From NCBI GenBank assembly GCA_043809585.1, contig JBDROZ010000013.1, positions 3,928 through 67,927 of the forward strand: 64,000 nucleotides of DNA. Direction: 5' to 3'. The stretch's first letter is position 1. Each line of letters begins with the position of its first letter. The notes under the pieces are model-generated. The model was not told where the DNA came from, did not search any database, and was given only the letters and a program-made list of their open reading frames with translations. Origin of the DNA: Candidatus Eiseniibacteriota bacterium (GTDB lineage: Bacteria; Orphanbacterota; Orphanbacteria; Orphanbacterales; Orphanbacteraceae). Below, piece after piece: positions 34,596 through 44,518 of the stretch. Made by a program: the position numbers and the translations under genes.

Positions 34596-36094
34596 GCGGC
34601 ACGTGGGAGAGGGCCTCGTCGGCGGCCCCGTGGAGCCTGGCCGCCAAGGCGATCCGCTTCGGCTTCTCCCTCGCCACGTCCATGCTGGTGGTTCGTCTTC
34701 TCTCGGCCCACGACTACGGTGTACTCGCCATCGTGCGGACCGCCCTCGCCTTCGTGGCGGCCTTCGTCGGCTTCGGCATGGGGAGCGCCCTGATCCGCTA
34801 CCTTCCCGAGCGGGAGACCCGGGGCGGGGGGGGCGTCGCGCTCTTCCGCTTCTGCTCACTCGTCCAGGCGGCCGGGTGGATCGCCTTCACGGCCCTCGCC
34901 TGGCTCCTCCGGGAACCCCTCGACCGTTTCTACGGGAGCCCGGTGGGGACGCCCCTCGTGGTCGGTCTGGCCCTCCTCTCGGGGAACCTGCTCTTCTCGC
35001 TCGCGTCGAACTCGCTGACCGCGGTGTTCCGTACGCGGCGGCTCGCCGGGCTTCAGGGTCTTCTCTCGGTTCTCATCCTCGTCCTCTCCTGGCTCGCCCT
35101 CCGGGCGGGGTGGGGTGTGATCGGCGTTCTTGCCGCGACCTCCCTCCCCCATCTGGTGCTCGGCGCCTGGGCGGCGATCTCCCTGATGCGCTCCGTCTCC
35201 CGGGAGCCGGCGTCCCCGGAGCGGGGCCGGATCCTGAGATTCGCCGTCCCTCTCGCCGCGATCGAGGTGCTCAACCTCATCACATGGCGGCAGTCGGAGA
35301 CGATCCTCCTCGGACATTTCCGGGGTCCCGAAGAGGCGGGGATCTGGGACGTCGCCTACCGGCTCCCCCAGCTCCTCCTCGAGTTCGTGCCGGAGACGAT
35401 CTGGCCGATCGTGCTGGCCGCGTTCGTGGTGGTGTACACCCGCGATCCGAAACGGGTCGCCGAGATGGCGCGCCACTACTTCCGGCTCCTCTTCGTGCTG
35501 GTGACACCGATCACCATCTTCGGCACCCTCTACGGCGACCTGCTGGTGCAGGTCCTCTACGGAGCGGAGAGGGCCGCCTCGGGGCCCTACGCGAGGTTCT
35601 TCTTCCTCCTCTTCCACGTCTCCTTCTACGGAACACCCCTCTCGATGACGCTCTACCTGATCGAGAAGACCTGGGTGAACCTCGCCCTCTCGGCGATCTT
35701 CGCGGCGATCAACCTCGGTCTCGATTTCCTCTTCATCCCCCGCTACGGCCTGATCGGCGCGATCCCGCCGGTGGCGATCGCCATCGGCCTGTCGCCCCTT
35801 CTCCGGGCGTGGGCGGTTCGCCGCTGGCATGGCCCGATCGGCATCCCTTGGCGATTCCTCGGACGATGCTATCTCGCGTCGGCCTCGGTGGCCCTCTTTT
35901 ATCCCCTCCGCCCTTACGGGGGCGGACCGGCCGGGTTCGCCCTGCTCCTTGTGGGGGCGACCCTCCTCTTTCTGATATCCGTGCGCCTCGTCCGTCTCTT
36001 CGGGCCGGAGGAGCGCGCGTTGATCGAACGATCGAAGGCGCCGGGGAAGGCGTTCCTCCTTCGCTGGCTTTTCCCGGGAGAGGGTTCACGATGA
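34592..36094 (+). CDS. Wzx-type oligosaccharide flippase (MOP superfamily polysaccharide biosynthesis protein)
   Basis: About 12-14 predicted TM helices. N-terminal AAKAIRFGFSLATSMLVVRLLSAHDYGVLAIV pattern. GTGA overlap with the upstream gene. Confidence 0.75.
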   Translation: MSGTWERASSAAPWSLAAKAIRFGFSLATSMLVVRLLSAHDYGVLAIVRTALAFVAAFVGFGMGSALIRYLPERETRGGGGVALFRFCSLVQAAGWIAFTALAWLLREPLDRFYGSPVGTPLVVGLALLSGNLLFSLASNSLTAVFRTRRLAGLQGLLSVLILVLSWLALRAGWGVIGVLAATSLPHLVLGAWAAISLMRSVSREPASPERGRILRFAVPLAAIEVLNLITWRQSETILLGHFRGPEEAGIWDVAYRLPQLLLEFVPETIWPIVLAAFVVVYTRDPKRVAEMARHYFRLLFVLVTPITIFGTLYGDLLVQVLYGAERAASGPYARFFFLLFHVSFYGTPLSMTLYLIEKTWVNLALSAIFAAINLGLDFLFIPRYGLIGAIPPVAIAIGLSPLLRAWAVRRWHGPIGIPWRFLGRCYLASASVALFYPLRPYGGGPAGFALLLVGATLLFLISVRLVRLFGPEERALIERSKAPGKAFLLRWLFPGEGSR

Positions 36095-36109
36095 CGAGGG
36101 AGTGTTCGC

Positions 36110-36784
36110 ATGTACCGTGACAAGACCGTCTCGGCGGTGATCCCCTGCTACAACGAGGAGGAAGGGATCCGCTACGTGATCGAGAAGATGCCCGATTTCA
36201 TCGACGAGATCGTGGTGGTCGACAACAACTCGACGGACCGGACCGGCGAAGTGGCCGCCGGCATGGGCGCCCGGGTGATCCTCGAGAAGCGGAAGGGGTA
36301 CGGCCGGGCGTACCAGACCGGCATCCCCGAGGCGAAGTCGGAGATCGTGGTCACCCTCGATGGTGACGGGAGCTACCCGACGGAAGAGATCGGGCCCCTC
36401 CTCGACTGCCTGATCGACAAGAAGCTCGACTTCGTTTCGGCGAGCCGTTTTCCGCTCCGCCAGAAGGGGTCGATGCAAGGCATGAACCAGCTGGGCAACT
36501 GGGTGCTCACCATCGCCACGGCGATTCTCTATCTAAGGCCGATCCGGGACTCCCAGTCGGGGATGTGGGCCTTCTATTCGGAGACGTACAGGAAGCTCAG
36601 CCCCCGCTCCGACGGGATGCCCTTCTCGGAGGAGCTCAAGATCGAGGCGATCCTCGCGAAAGACGTGAAGTTCGACGAATTCCACATCGACTATCACGAA
36701 CGGATCGGCGAGGTGAAGCTGAACATGTGGAGCGACGGGTTCGAGAATCTGATGTTCCTCGTGAAGCGGCGCTTCCGCCGCTAG
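36110..36784 (+). CDS. GT2 polyprenyl-phosphate glycosyltransferase (DPM1/ArnC/GtrB-like)
   Basis: VSAVIPCYNEEEGI, VVVDNNSTDRT, TLDGDGSYP, short 224-aa soluble GT-A. Confidence 0.8.
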   Translation: MYRDKTVSAVIPCYNEEEGIRYVIEKMPDFIDEIVVVDNNSTDRTGEVAAGMGARVILEKRKGYGRAYQTGIPEAKSEIVVTLDGDGSYPTEEIGPLLDCLIDKKLDFVSASRFPLRQKGSMQGMNQLGNWVLTIATAILYLRPIRDSQSGMWAFYSETYRKLSPRSDGMPFSEELKIEAILAKDVKFDEFHIDYHERIGEVKLNMWSDGFENLMFLVKRRFRR

Positions 36785-36794
36785 GAGAGAGGGC

Positions 36795-39230
36795 GTGCGC
36801 GAACGGATCATGACGGCCGCGGTGATGGCCGCCCTCGCGGCGATCGCCCTCTCGGACCGGGCGGGCATTCCCGTTCCGGCCGGGGCACGGGCGCTCGCCG
36901 CGCTCGGGCTCGTCACGGTCGTTCCCGGATGGTCCCTTGCCCGGCGTCTCCTCCCGGCCGGCGGAACGGCCCTCCGGGTCCCTCTCGCCTTCGCCCTCTC
37001 CCAGGGGGCGCTCGCCCTTCTCGTGATTCTCTTCTTCTACGCCCGGCTTCCGCTCCCCGCCCTCCTCGTTCCCCTCTCTGCCCTCCCGCTCGTCGTCGCG
37101 GGCCGGAGCGGGCCGAACGTCCCCCGGGAGGGGGGAGGAAGGGGCACCGTGGTCCTCCTCGTCGCCGCCGCCGTTCTCGTCTCCCTCGTCTCTTCCCCCC
37201 GGGCCGGGTTCCGGGCGGACACGTACGATCACGTAGGCACGGTGCGCCGCATGATCGACCGGGGCCACGTCTTTCCGGGCGAGTACTTCCACAAGGACCG
37301 GGAAGGGGAGCTCGACCCGAGGAAGGGGACGGGGCACACCGCCTTCGCCCTCGCCTCGGCCGTCGCGGGAACGGACCCGACCGCCGCCTATGCCCCCCTT
37401 CGACTCTTCCAGACGGCGGTCATGATCTTCGCCTTTCACGGGCTCGCCCGGGCCGTTCTCGGCTCACCGGGAGCGGCGTGGACGGCCGTCGTCCTTTTGC
37501 TCGCCTTCTTCCGGGGAGGCTTCTCGAACGAGTGGTTCCACACCGCCGGCTATCCCGGGAAGGGGGGAGTCGCCCTCTACTTCGTCGCCGCCTCTCTCCT
37601 CGTGGACGGCGTTCGGAAGGGGGGGGCCGATCGGAGCCGGTGGGGGGCCACCGCCCTCGCCGCCGCGGGGGCCGCGGGGGTCCACGCCTTCGGGGGGATA
37701 CTCTGCCTGCTCGGCGGGGGGGCGTTCCTCGCGGGATGCCTGATTCACCCCCCCCTCCGGCCCCGGGCCGGGGCCGCGGGATTCCTCTTCGCCGCCCTTC
37801 TCGTGGGCATTCTTCCCCTCGCCCTCTTCCGGGCCGCCGAGACGTATGGCCCCGCCAACCCGCTCCACCTCCACCGCCAGGGGGCGCTCCTCTTGCCCGG
37901 GGGCCTTTCCGTCATCGACCCGGTCACCCTCCTCCGCGCGGCGGGCTTCGGCGGCCTTTTCCCGTTCCTCCTGCTTCCCTTCATCGCCTCGCCGGAGAGG
38001 GGATTCGGAGCGGGGGAGACGTTCCTCATCGCCGCTTCCGTACTCGTCCTCTTCGTCCTCGCAAACCCCCTCGTCTTCCCCCTCGCCGAGAGCGGGGGGG
38101 GATACCTGACGCGCCGTCTTCCCCTCCTCGCGCCCGGCTCCCTCGTCATCGCCGCCGCGCTCCGCCGGGGATGCGCCTCCCCCCGCCGGCTCCGGACCGC
38201 CCTGCCCGCGGCCGCCGCCGGGGCGTTCACCCTGGTCGCCCTCTTCTCCTCCGTCTCCCGCGCCGAGGCGCGGAGAACCCTCCCCGGCGCCGCCGAGGCG
38301 GAGACCCGCTCCTGGACGGAGGCGGCCCGGGAGGTCGCGAAGATCCTTCCCGCGGAGGCCACCGTGCTCGCCGACCCGGTCACGGCGTACCACCTCTTCG
38401 GGGAGGGCCGGAGCTTTGTGACCTGCGTCATCGACCAGCACTCGTCGCCGAACGACGCCGCCGCGGCCCGCCGGATCGCCGACACCCAGCGCTTTCTCCG
38501 CGGCGGGATGCCGGACGGCGCCGCCGACGCCCTGCTCGAGCACCATCGGGTCGACTACGTCCTCGTGAACGATCTCTTCCCCGGCGACTTCCGGACATGG
38601 AACGCGTCGATTCACGTCGCCTCCTTCCGAAGGGCCCTGCGCGGCCTCGAGAGGCGGCCGGACCGGTTCGCTCCCCTCTCCGCCCCACCGGGGCTCCACC
38701 TCTTCCGGGTGGTGGGGGGCCCGGCCCCCACGGAGACCGAGCCACCCCACCTCGAACCCTCCGCCGGAGGACCGGCCCTCGCCGCACCCATGCCGGGGGG
38801 CGCCCGCCTCGTCGCCGGAAGGGTCGAGGAAGAGCGGGTGGCGCCGGGCGGGAAGTTCTGGTTCGACACGACCTGGGAGATGACCCTCCCCGAGGCGGAC
38901 GGCGTCCCCATGGCTCTCTTCGTGCGGGCCCGCCTGGTCGGAGAAGGGGGGAAGGAGTCGGTCTCCCTCCGCCGGGATCCGGCGAAGCGGACCTGGGGGA
39001 CTTATCCCCTCGGCGACTTGGACTACCCCTACATCCTCTGGAGGGAGGGGGACCGGGTGACCGACAGGCACCGCTCCCGGGTTCCCGGAGAATGCCCGCC
39101 GGGAGCCTACCGCATCGAGGTCATCGCCGACCCGCAGCGGTTCTTCCAGGTCCGCCGCCTCGCCGGTCTCGAGAGAGGGGCGATCCGATCCGGTTGGACC
39201 GTGATCGACACGTTGGAGGTGGCGCCGTGA
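36795..39230 (+). CDS. large polytopic membrane protein, GT-C-like (ArnT/PMT-type), paralog of 40683-43388
   Basis: About 12 TM helices in the first 480 aa or so. First-loop motif ADTYDHVGTVRRMIDRGHVFP...DPRKG. Soluble C-terminal domain of about 330 aa. Shares blocks with the paralog (DPVTAYHLF vs DPITGYLIP; HRVDYVLVN vs KADYVLLN). ATG 36810 is an alternative start. Confidence 0.5.
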   Translation: MRERIMTAAVMAALAAIALSDRAGIPVPAGARALAALGLVTVVPGWSLARRLLPAGGTALRVPLAFALSQGALALLVILFFYARLPLPALLVPLSALPLVVAGRSGPNVPREGGGRGTVVLLVAAAVLVSLVSSPRAGFRADTYDHVGTVRRMIDRGHVFPGEYFHKDREGELDPRKGTGHTAFALASAVAGTDPTAAYAPLRLFQTAVMIFAFHGLARAVLGSPGAAWTAVVLLLAFFRGGFSNEWFHTAGYPGKGGVALYFVAASLLVDGVRKGGADRSRWGATALAAAGAAGVHAFGGILCLLGGGAFLAGCLIHPPLRPRAGAAGFLFAALLVGILPLALFRAAETYGPANPLHLHRQGALLLPGGLSVIDPVTLLRAAGFGGLFPFLLLPFIASPERGFGAGETFLIAASVLVLFVLANPLVFPLAESGGGYLTRRLPLLAPGSLVIAAALRRGCASPRRLRTALPAAAAGAFTLVALFSSVSRAEARRTLPGAAEAETRSWTEAAREVAKILPAEATVLADPVTAYHLFGEGRSFVTCVIDQHSSPNDAAAARRIADTQRFLRGGMPDGAADALLEHHRVDYVLVNDLFPGDFRTWNASIHVASFRRALRGLERRPDRFAPLSAPPGLHLFRVVGGPAPTETEPPHLEPSAGGPALAAPMPGGARLVAGRVEEERVAPGGKFWFDTTWEMTLPEADGVPMALFVRARLVGEGGKESVSLRRDPAKRTWGTYPLGDLDYPYILWREGDRVTDRHRSRVPGECPPGAYRIEVIADPQRFFQVRRLAGLERGAIRSGWTVIDTLEVAP

Positions 39231-40711
39231 GTTCGCCCGTCGATCGACTTCGCGCGGGAGCGGTGAAGGTGGCGCGGCCCGAAGTGGTCGGCCTCGGAAT
39301 CGCCCTCCTCTTCGCCGCGATCATGGGGTTCGTCCTCGCCGAGAACATCATCTCGCCGAACAAGCGGATGATCCAGGTGATCATGGCCGGCTTCGTCCTC
39401 TTCGCCGCGTTCCTGCTCCCGAGCCGCTACTCGGTGGGCTTCATGGTCTTCATCATCCCCTTCCCCCAGTACACGACGATCGGCAGCACGACGGTGATCT
39501 TCGCGTTCATCATCTTCGCCTTCTGGATTCTCCGGATCGCCCTCGGTTACGAGCAGCGCCCCATCCGCTCGGGAATCGAGGTCCCCCTCATCTGTCTGGT
39601 TCTCTTCTTCGTCATCTCCATGGTGATGGTCGAACCGGGCCAATGGGCGATGGCGATCGCCAAGTTCCGGATCTTCATCTCCTGCATCCTGATCTTCTAT
39701 CTCGTGATCAACCTGATCCGGACGACGAGGGACATCCACTTCATCCTGAACACGCTCGTTCTCTCCTTCGGATTCGTGGCGGTCATCGCCATGGTCGACA
39801 TCTGGATGCCCCAGCACGCATCGATCTTCAACTTCCTCCGATCGCGGTCGCTGGACATGCGGAGAATGACGATGGGGGCGGGCATCCGGGTCGGATCCGT
39901 GTTCGGCGACTACGAGCTGTTCGCCGAGTATCTCGCGATCTACATCCCGATCCTGCTCGTCCGCGTGCTGAACGAGAAGATCGTGCTGAAGCAGTTCCTC
40001 TGGCTCCCCATGCTCGGCGGCGCGATCATGCTCCTCCTCGCAACGGCGACCCGGGGCGCCTTCCTCGCCCTTATCGCCGGCGTGCTCTACCTGATCTGGA
40101 TTGCCCGGCACATCATCAACTACCAGAAGCTGCTCCCCCTCCTGATCGCCACGTTCGGCCTTTTCTACGCATCCGCCATCATTCTCAACCAGTACACCGA
40201 AACGGCCTCCCTCTTCGCCCGGCTCGGGGAGACCAAGTTCGTGAAGGGGATGCCGGACACGCGGGCCCGCCGCTGGACCGAGGCGTGGAACGAGATCCAA
40301 GACAGCCCGTGGATCGGGCACGGCCCGTACTACTTCGTCGGGGTCGACGAGAAGAACGTGAACCGCCTGTATCCCCACAGCAACTTTCTTTTCTTCTCGT
40401 ATCTCGTCGGCATTCCCGGGGCCCTCGTCTTTCACTGGATGCTCATCTCCGCCGGGCTCCGGGGGTACAAGGCGGCGAGGAGGTACGCCCGGCAGCGCAC
40501 CGAACTCGCCTACACGGTGGTGCTCCTCTCGAGCATCCTCGTCATCTTCTTCGTGGACGAGATCAAGATCTCGTTCATGCGGTACGACAACACCCAGCAC
40601 TTCACGTGGACCATACTGGCGCTGCTGCTCTCCGTGAGCCGCGTCGCCATCGCGAGGGCGGACCGGGAGGAGGCGGCGAATCGTGAACGAATCGCACAGC
40701 GGACCCGGTAG
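39227..40711 (+). CDS. O-antigen polymerase/ligase family protein (Wzy_C domain)
   Basis: 10-12 TM helices; LLLATATRGAFLALIAGVLYLIW and a large loop WIGHGPYYF. Lower GC than flanking genes. GTGA overlap with the upstream gene. The listed 1260-aa ORF is frame read-through upstream of this start. Confidence 0.75.
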   Translation: MSSPVDRLRAGAVKVARPEVVGLGIALLFAAIMGFVLAENIISPNKRMIQVIMAGFVLFAAFLLPSRYSVGFMVFIIPFPQYTTIGSTTVIFAFIIFAFWILRIALGYEQRPIRSGIEVPLICLVLFFVISMVMVEPGQWAMAIAKFRIFISCILIFYLVINLIRTTRDIHFILNTLVLSFGFVAVIAMVDIWMPQHASIFNFLRSRSLDMRRMTMGAGIRVGSVFGDYELFAEYLAIYIPILLVRVLNEKIVLKQFLWLPMLGGAIMLLLATATRGAFLALIAGVLYLIWIARHIINYQKLLPLLIATFGLFYASAIILNQYTETASLFARLGETKFVKGMPDTRARRWTEAWNEIQDSPWIGHGPYYFVGVDEKNVNRLYPHSNFLFFSYLVGIPGALVFHWMLISAGLRGYKAARRYARQRTELAYTVVLLSSILVIFFVDEIKISFMRYDNTQHFTWTILALLLSVSRVAIARADREEAANRERIAQRTR

Positions 40712-43388
40712 CGCGATCGCGTGGATCGGAGGCTTGCTCGCCCTCGGGGGGCTCGCCTCGACCTTCACGGGGGCCGGGCCGGAGAAGGCGCGCTTCCTCC
40801 TCGCGGCGGGGGGGCTCCTCTTCTCCACCGGCTACGCCGCCCTCCGCCTGACCCGGTGGAGGACGTGGGGGGAGGGGACGTTCTCCCTCGCCCTCGCCTT
40901 CCCCGTTTCGTGTGTTCTTCTCTTCGCGCCCCTTTTCGCGGGGGAGCTGTGGGGTGCGGGAACGGCCCCTCTCCGGTGGCTCGCCCGACCGTACCTCGCC
41001 GCCGCGGCGATCGTCCTTCTCCGTGAAGCCGCCGCCGCGCGCCCCCGCTTCGCCGCGCCCCACCCACTCCCGCTCCTCGCCCTCGCCGCCGCGCTCATCG
41101 CCGCGGGGCGGGGGGGACTGCTCACGTGGCCGAGCGACGGGCCCGACCACGTCGCGATGATCCGGGAGATCCAGGCGACGGGCGAGAGCTTTCCGATCAC
41201 GAGCTACTACGCCCGGAGCACGGACCAAGCGAAGGACGCCCGGAAGGGGTTCCTCTTCGGCGCGGCGGCGGTGGCCGCGAACGAAACCGGCGCGGGGGCC
41301 GAGACCGCATACGACTCCCTGCCCGCCCTCGCGGCCGCCTTCTTCCTGCTCGCCCTCTACGCCCTCGCCAGGGAGGCCCTCGGCGCGGGGGGAGGGGCGG
41401 TACTCGCGTCGTCGTACGGGTTTCTCTCCTGGGACGGCGGCCCTCTCGGCGTCTGGTTCGCCCGGTCCGGCTCCCCTTATCTCTTCTCGGGGCCCCTCGT
41501 CTGGGCGGCGCTGCTCGTCATGCTGCGCGCCTCGAAGGGGAAGGGGGCCGCCCCCGCGGCGGCCCTCGCGTCGGGCTTCGCCCTCATGGCCGTCCACATC
41601 TACGGCGCTTTCACGGCGCTCCTCCTCGGGGGGCTCTTCGTCCTCGCCCTCTTCTTCGTCCCCCGGGGCGAAAACGTCTCGCGGCGCTCGGCCGTCGCCG
41701 CGCTGGCCTTCGTCGCCGCGGGATGCCTCCCCGTCGCCCTCTGGCGGTACGCCGCGACCTACCCGCCCCTCGATCCGATCCACACGCACCTGCAGGGGAT
41801 CCTCCGTTTCAGCGACCACCTGTACACGGCGAACCCGCTCATCGCCTTCCGTCCCGTCGGCCTCTTCGGGCTGTCCGGGTTCGTTCTCTCCCTGTTCCTC
41901 CTCCGAAGGGCCCGGCGGGAAACGGGGATCCTCTTCGCCGTGTCCGTGACGCTCCTCCCGTTCCTCGTCATCCTCAATCCGTGGATCGTCCCCCTTCTCG
42001 TCCCCTTTGTCGGGTACCTGCTCGGGAGGATCGTCTGGTTCGGGGGGCACTGGCTCGTTCTCGGCGCCGTCACTGCGATGCTCGCGGGCGCCGCGGTCCG
42101 GCGGGGGGGGGCGGTGCGGACGGCGGCGATCGCGGCCCTTCTCGCTCTTCACGGCCTCTTCGCCGGGAGCCTGTGGGCCGGCGACGCCGGACTCCTCGGG
42201 CGTCCGACCGCCGGAAACCGTTTCCGCCTCGCGGACCATCCGGGACCGGAGAGGTGGAGGGACCTCTTCGACTACATGGGGAGGGAACTGCCGGCCCGGG
42301 CGACGGTGGCGACCGACCCGATCACGGGCTACCTGATCCCGGCGTTCACGCCCCAGAAGACGGTGGCGATCCGGGCCCAGCACTCGTCCCCCGCCGACCC
42401 CTACGCGCCGGCCCGGCTCGACGACATGGTGCGGGCCATGAGCCCTTACATCGACGGTGTCGAGACGGAGGGGATCCTCTCCCGCCGGAAGGCGGACTAC
42501 GTGCTCCTCAACTTCCGCCTCGACCGCCCCGTCGTCTCCTACGCGGCGACCCTCGACCCGGCGCTCTACGGGGCGACCCTCGAGAAATTCCGGCGGGAGC
42601 CCGGGCGCTACGTCGAGATCTGGTCGGCCGACCGCTGCCATCTCTTCGAGTTTCACGAGGACGCGCCGGGAGTGCCTTCGGAGGAGCCGGTCCTCTCGAT
42701 GCTCTTGGACCGCCCCCCTCCGGCGGCACGGCCCATGGACGAACCCTTTCCGAACGGCGTCCGGCTCGTCGGCGTGGAGGCGGGCCCGGCCTCGGCGGCG
42801 CCGGGGGAGACCCTCGAGATCGTCTGTTATTGGGTCCGTGTTCTCGACACCACCGATCCTCTTCCCTATAGGACCTATCTCCGCCTGGTCCTGCCGGACG
42901 CGGGGGCGGGGGATTCGTGGTGGGCGAAGCCGTCCCGGAGGCTGAAGGAGGCCGTGAGCGGCGGGCGCACCAGGGCCCGGACCATGCGGAGTCTCGCCCG
43001 CGGTGCCTACCCGACCCGGGCCTGGCCCCGGACGGCAGTGGTCGCGGACACCCTCCGCTGGACCGTCCCCCGGAACCTCGAAGAGGGAAGCTACGAGTTG
43101 CAGGTGCGGCTCCGGCGCTCCCCGGTCGTCCAGGTGTTCGAAATCGCCGACTTCCTCCGCGAGACCGACTCGTTCTCCGGCGCCCCGGCGGCGACCGTCG
43201 AGATCCGGCGGGGAGGAAGCCGCTCTCCTTCGGCCGCCCGGCCGGCAGCGGGGGGAGAGGAACGGAACGTCCCGGAACACGAATATGAAGGAGGGCCCGC
43301 CCGGCCCGCCCCCGCCGGGGGTGAGGGCTTGGAGTCGCGGGCCTCCTCGAAAACCGAGGAGAGACGGCCGGCGCCGTCCGAGGAGTAG
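40683..43388 (+). CDS. large polytopic membrane protein, GT-C-like, paralog of 36795-39230, with a low-complexity C-terminal tail
   Basis: First-loop motif SDGPDHVAMIREIQATGESFP...DARKG, multi-TM N-half, soluble C-half, terminal Pro/Ala/Glu/Arg-rich tail. GTG start overlaps the wzy 3' end by 29 nt. Confidence 0.5.
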   Translation: MNESHSGPGSAIAWIGGLLALGGLASTFTGAGPEKARFLLAAGGLLFSTGYAALRLTRWRTWGEGTFSLALAFPVSCVLLFAPLFAGELWGAGTAPLRWLARPYLAAAAIVLLREAAAARPRFAAPHPLPLLALAAALIAAGRGGLLTWPSDGPDHVAMIREIQATGESFPITSYYARSTDQAKDARKGFLFGAAAVAANETGAGAETAYDSLPALAAAFFLLALYALAREALGAGGGAVLASSYGFLSWDGGPLGVWFARSGSPYLFSGPLVWAALLVMLRASKGKGAAPAAALASGFALMAVHIYGAFTALLLGGLFVLALFFVPRGENVSRRSAVAALAFVAAGCLPVALWRYAATYPPLDPIHTHLQGILRFSDHLYTANPLIAFRPVGLFGLSGFVLSLFLLRRARRETGILFAVSVTLLPFLVILNPWIVPLLVPFVGYLLGRIVWFGGHWLVLGAVTAMLAGAAVRRGGAVRTAAIAALLALHGLFAGSLWAGDAGLLGRPTAGNRFRLADHPGPERWRDLFDYMGRELPARATVATDPITGYLIPAFTPQKTVAIRAQHSSPADPYAPARLDDMVRAMSPYIDGVETEGILSRRKADYVLLNFRLDRPVVSYAATLDPALYGATLEKFRREPGRYVEIWSADRCHLFEFHEDAPGVPSEEPVLSMLLDRPPPAARPMDEPFPNGVRLVGVEAGPASAAPGETLEIVCYWVRVLDTTDPLPYRTYLRLVLPDAGAGDSWWAKPSRRLKEAVSGGRTRARTMRSLARGAYPTRAWPRTAVVADTLRWTVPRNLEEGSYELQVRLRRSPVVQVFEIADFLRETDSFSGAPAATVEIRRGGSRSPSAARPAAGGEERNVPEHEYEGGPARPAPAGGEGLESRASSKTEERRPAPSEE

Positions 43389-43392
43389 AACG

Positions 43393-44499
43393 ATGGCCAT
43401 ACCATTCGTGGATCTGAAAGCGCAGTTCTTGAGCATCGAGGGAGAGATCCGGGAGGCGATCAACCACATCCTGGAGACGACCCGCTTCATCGGCGGCCCC
43501 CCGGTCGCCGAATTCGAGAAGGCCTTCGCCGAGTACGTGGGGGCGAAACACTGCGTCGGGGCAAGCTCCGGCACGTCGGCGCTTCACCTCGCCCTCGTCG
43601 CCTGCGGCGTCGGGCCGGGAGACGAAGTGATCACGGTCCCGAACACCTTCATCGCCACCACCGAGGCGATCACCCAGGCGGGGGCGGACGTGAAGCTCGT
43701 CGACGTGGAGCCGGTCACTTACAACATGGACCCGGCCCTTCTCGAAAAGGCGATCACGAAGAAGACCAAGTGCCTCGTCCCGGTTCACCTCTTCGGACAG
43801 CCCGCGGACATGGGACCCATCCTAAAACTCGCGAAGAAGCACGGACTCGTGGTGATCGGCGACTCGGCCCAGTCCCACGGCGCGCTCTATCACGGGAAGA
43901 GGCTCGGCGGCCTCGGCAACGCGGTTTGCTACAGCTTCTATCCGGGAAAGAACCTCGGAGCCTACGGCGACGGCGGCGCCGTCGTCACCGACGACGACGG
44001 CGTGGCGGCGACGGCCCGGCTCCTCCTCGATCACGGGCGGGCGGACAAGTTCAACCACACCGCCGAGGGGTACAACTACCGGCTCGACGCGATCCAGGCG
44101 GCGATCCTCTCCGTCAAGCTGCGGCACCTCGAGAAGTGGCTCGAGGGACGGCGGCGCGCGGCGGCGCGCTACAACGAAAAGCTGAAGGGCCTTCCGCTCG
44201 TGACGCCCCGGGAGGCGGAAGGGATGCGCCACGTCTACCACCTGTATGTGATCCTGGCGAAGGAGCGGGATCGGTTGCGGAAGATGCTGGGCGAGAAGGG
44301 AATCGCCACGGGGCTCCACTACCCGATCCCGATCCACCTCCTCGCGGCGTACGAACGCCTCGGCCACCGTCCGGGGAGCTTCCCCGTGGCGGAGCGGGTC
44401 GCGAGCGAGGGGATCTCCCTCCCCATGTACGCGGAACTCACCGACGACATGGTCGACGAGGTGGCGGACGCGCTCAAGGAGGCGTTCGCCCGGATTTGA
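43393..44499 (+). CDS. DegT/DnrJ/EryC1/StrS-family PLP-dependent sugar aminotransferase
   Basis: IPFVDLKAQF, FEKAFAEYVGAKHCVGASSGTSALHLAL, SFYPGKNLGAYGDGG (PLP lysine), GYNYRLD. Confidence 0.85.
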   Translation: MAIPFVDLKAQFLSIEGEIREAINHILETTRFIGGPPVAEFEKAFAEYVGAKHCVGASSGTSALHLALVACGVGPGDEVITVPNTFIATTEAITQAGADVKLVDVEPVTYNMDPALLEKAITKKTKCLVPVHLFGQPADMGPILKLAKKHGLVVIGDSAQSHGALYHGKRLGGLGNAVCYSFYPGKNLGAYGDGGAVVTDDDGVAATARLLLDHGRADKFNHTAEGYNYRLDAIQAAILSVKLRHLEKWLEGRRRAAARYNEKLKGLPLVTPREAEGMRHVYHLYVILAKERDRLRKMLGEKGIATGLHYPIPIHLLAAYERLGHRPGSFPVAERVASEGISLPMYAELTDDMVDEVADALKEAFARI

Positions 44500-44518
44500 C
44501 GGAGAGGACGGACGAGGA

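Noticed and set aside
36929-39226. N-terminal 766 aa of the listed 1260-aa ORF (36929-40711). The same applies to the upstream parts of ORFs 17252-20137, 55904-58120, 13500-16127, 10831-12984, 33422-36094 and 57301-60732.
   Set aside because: These stretches overlap well-supported genes in another frame and are Arg/Pro/Gly-rich. Real proteins begin at internal GTG/ATG/TTG codons that overlap the upstream stop codons.
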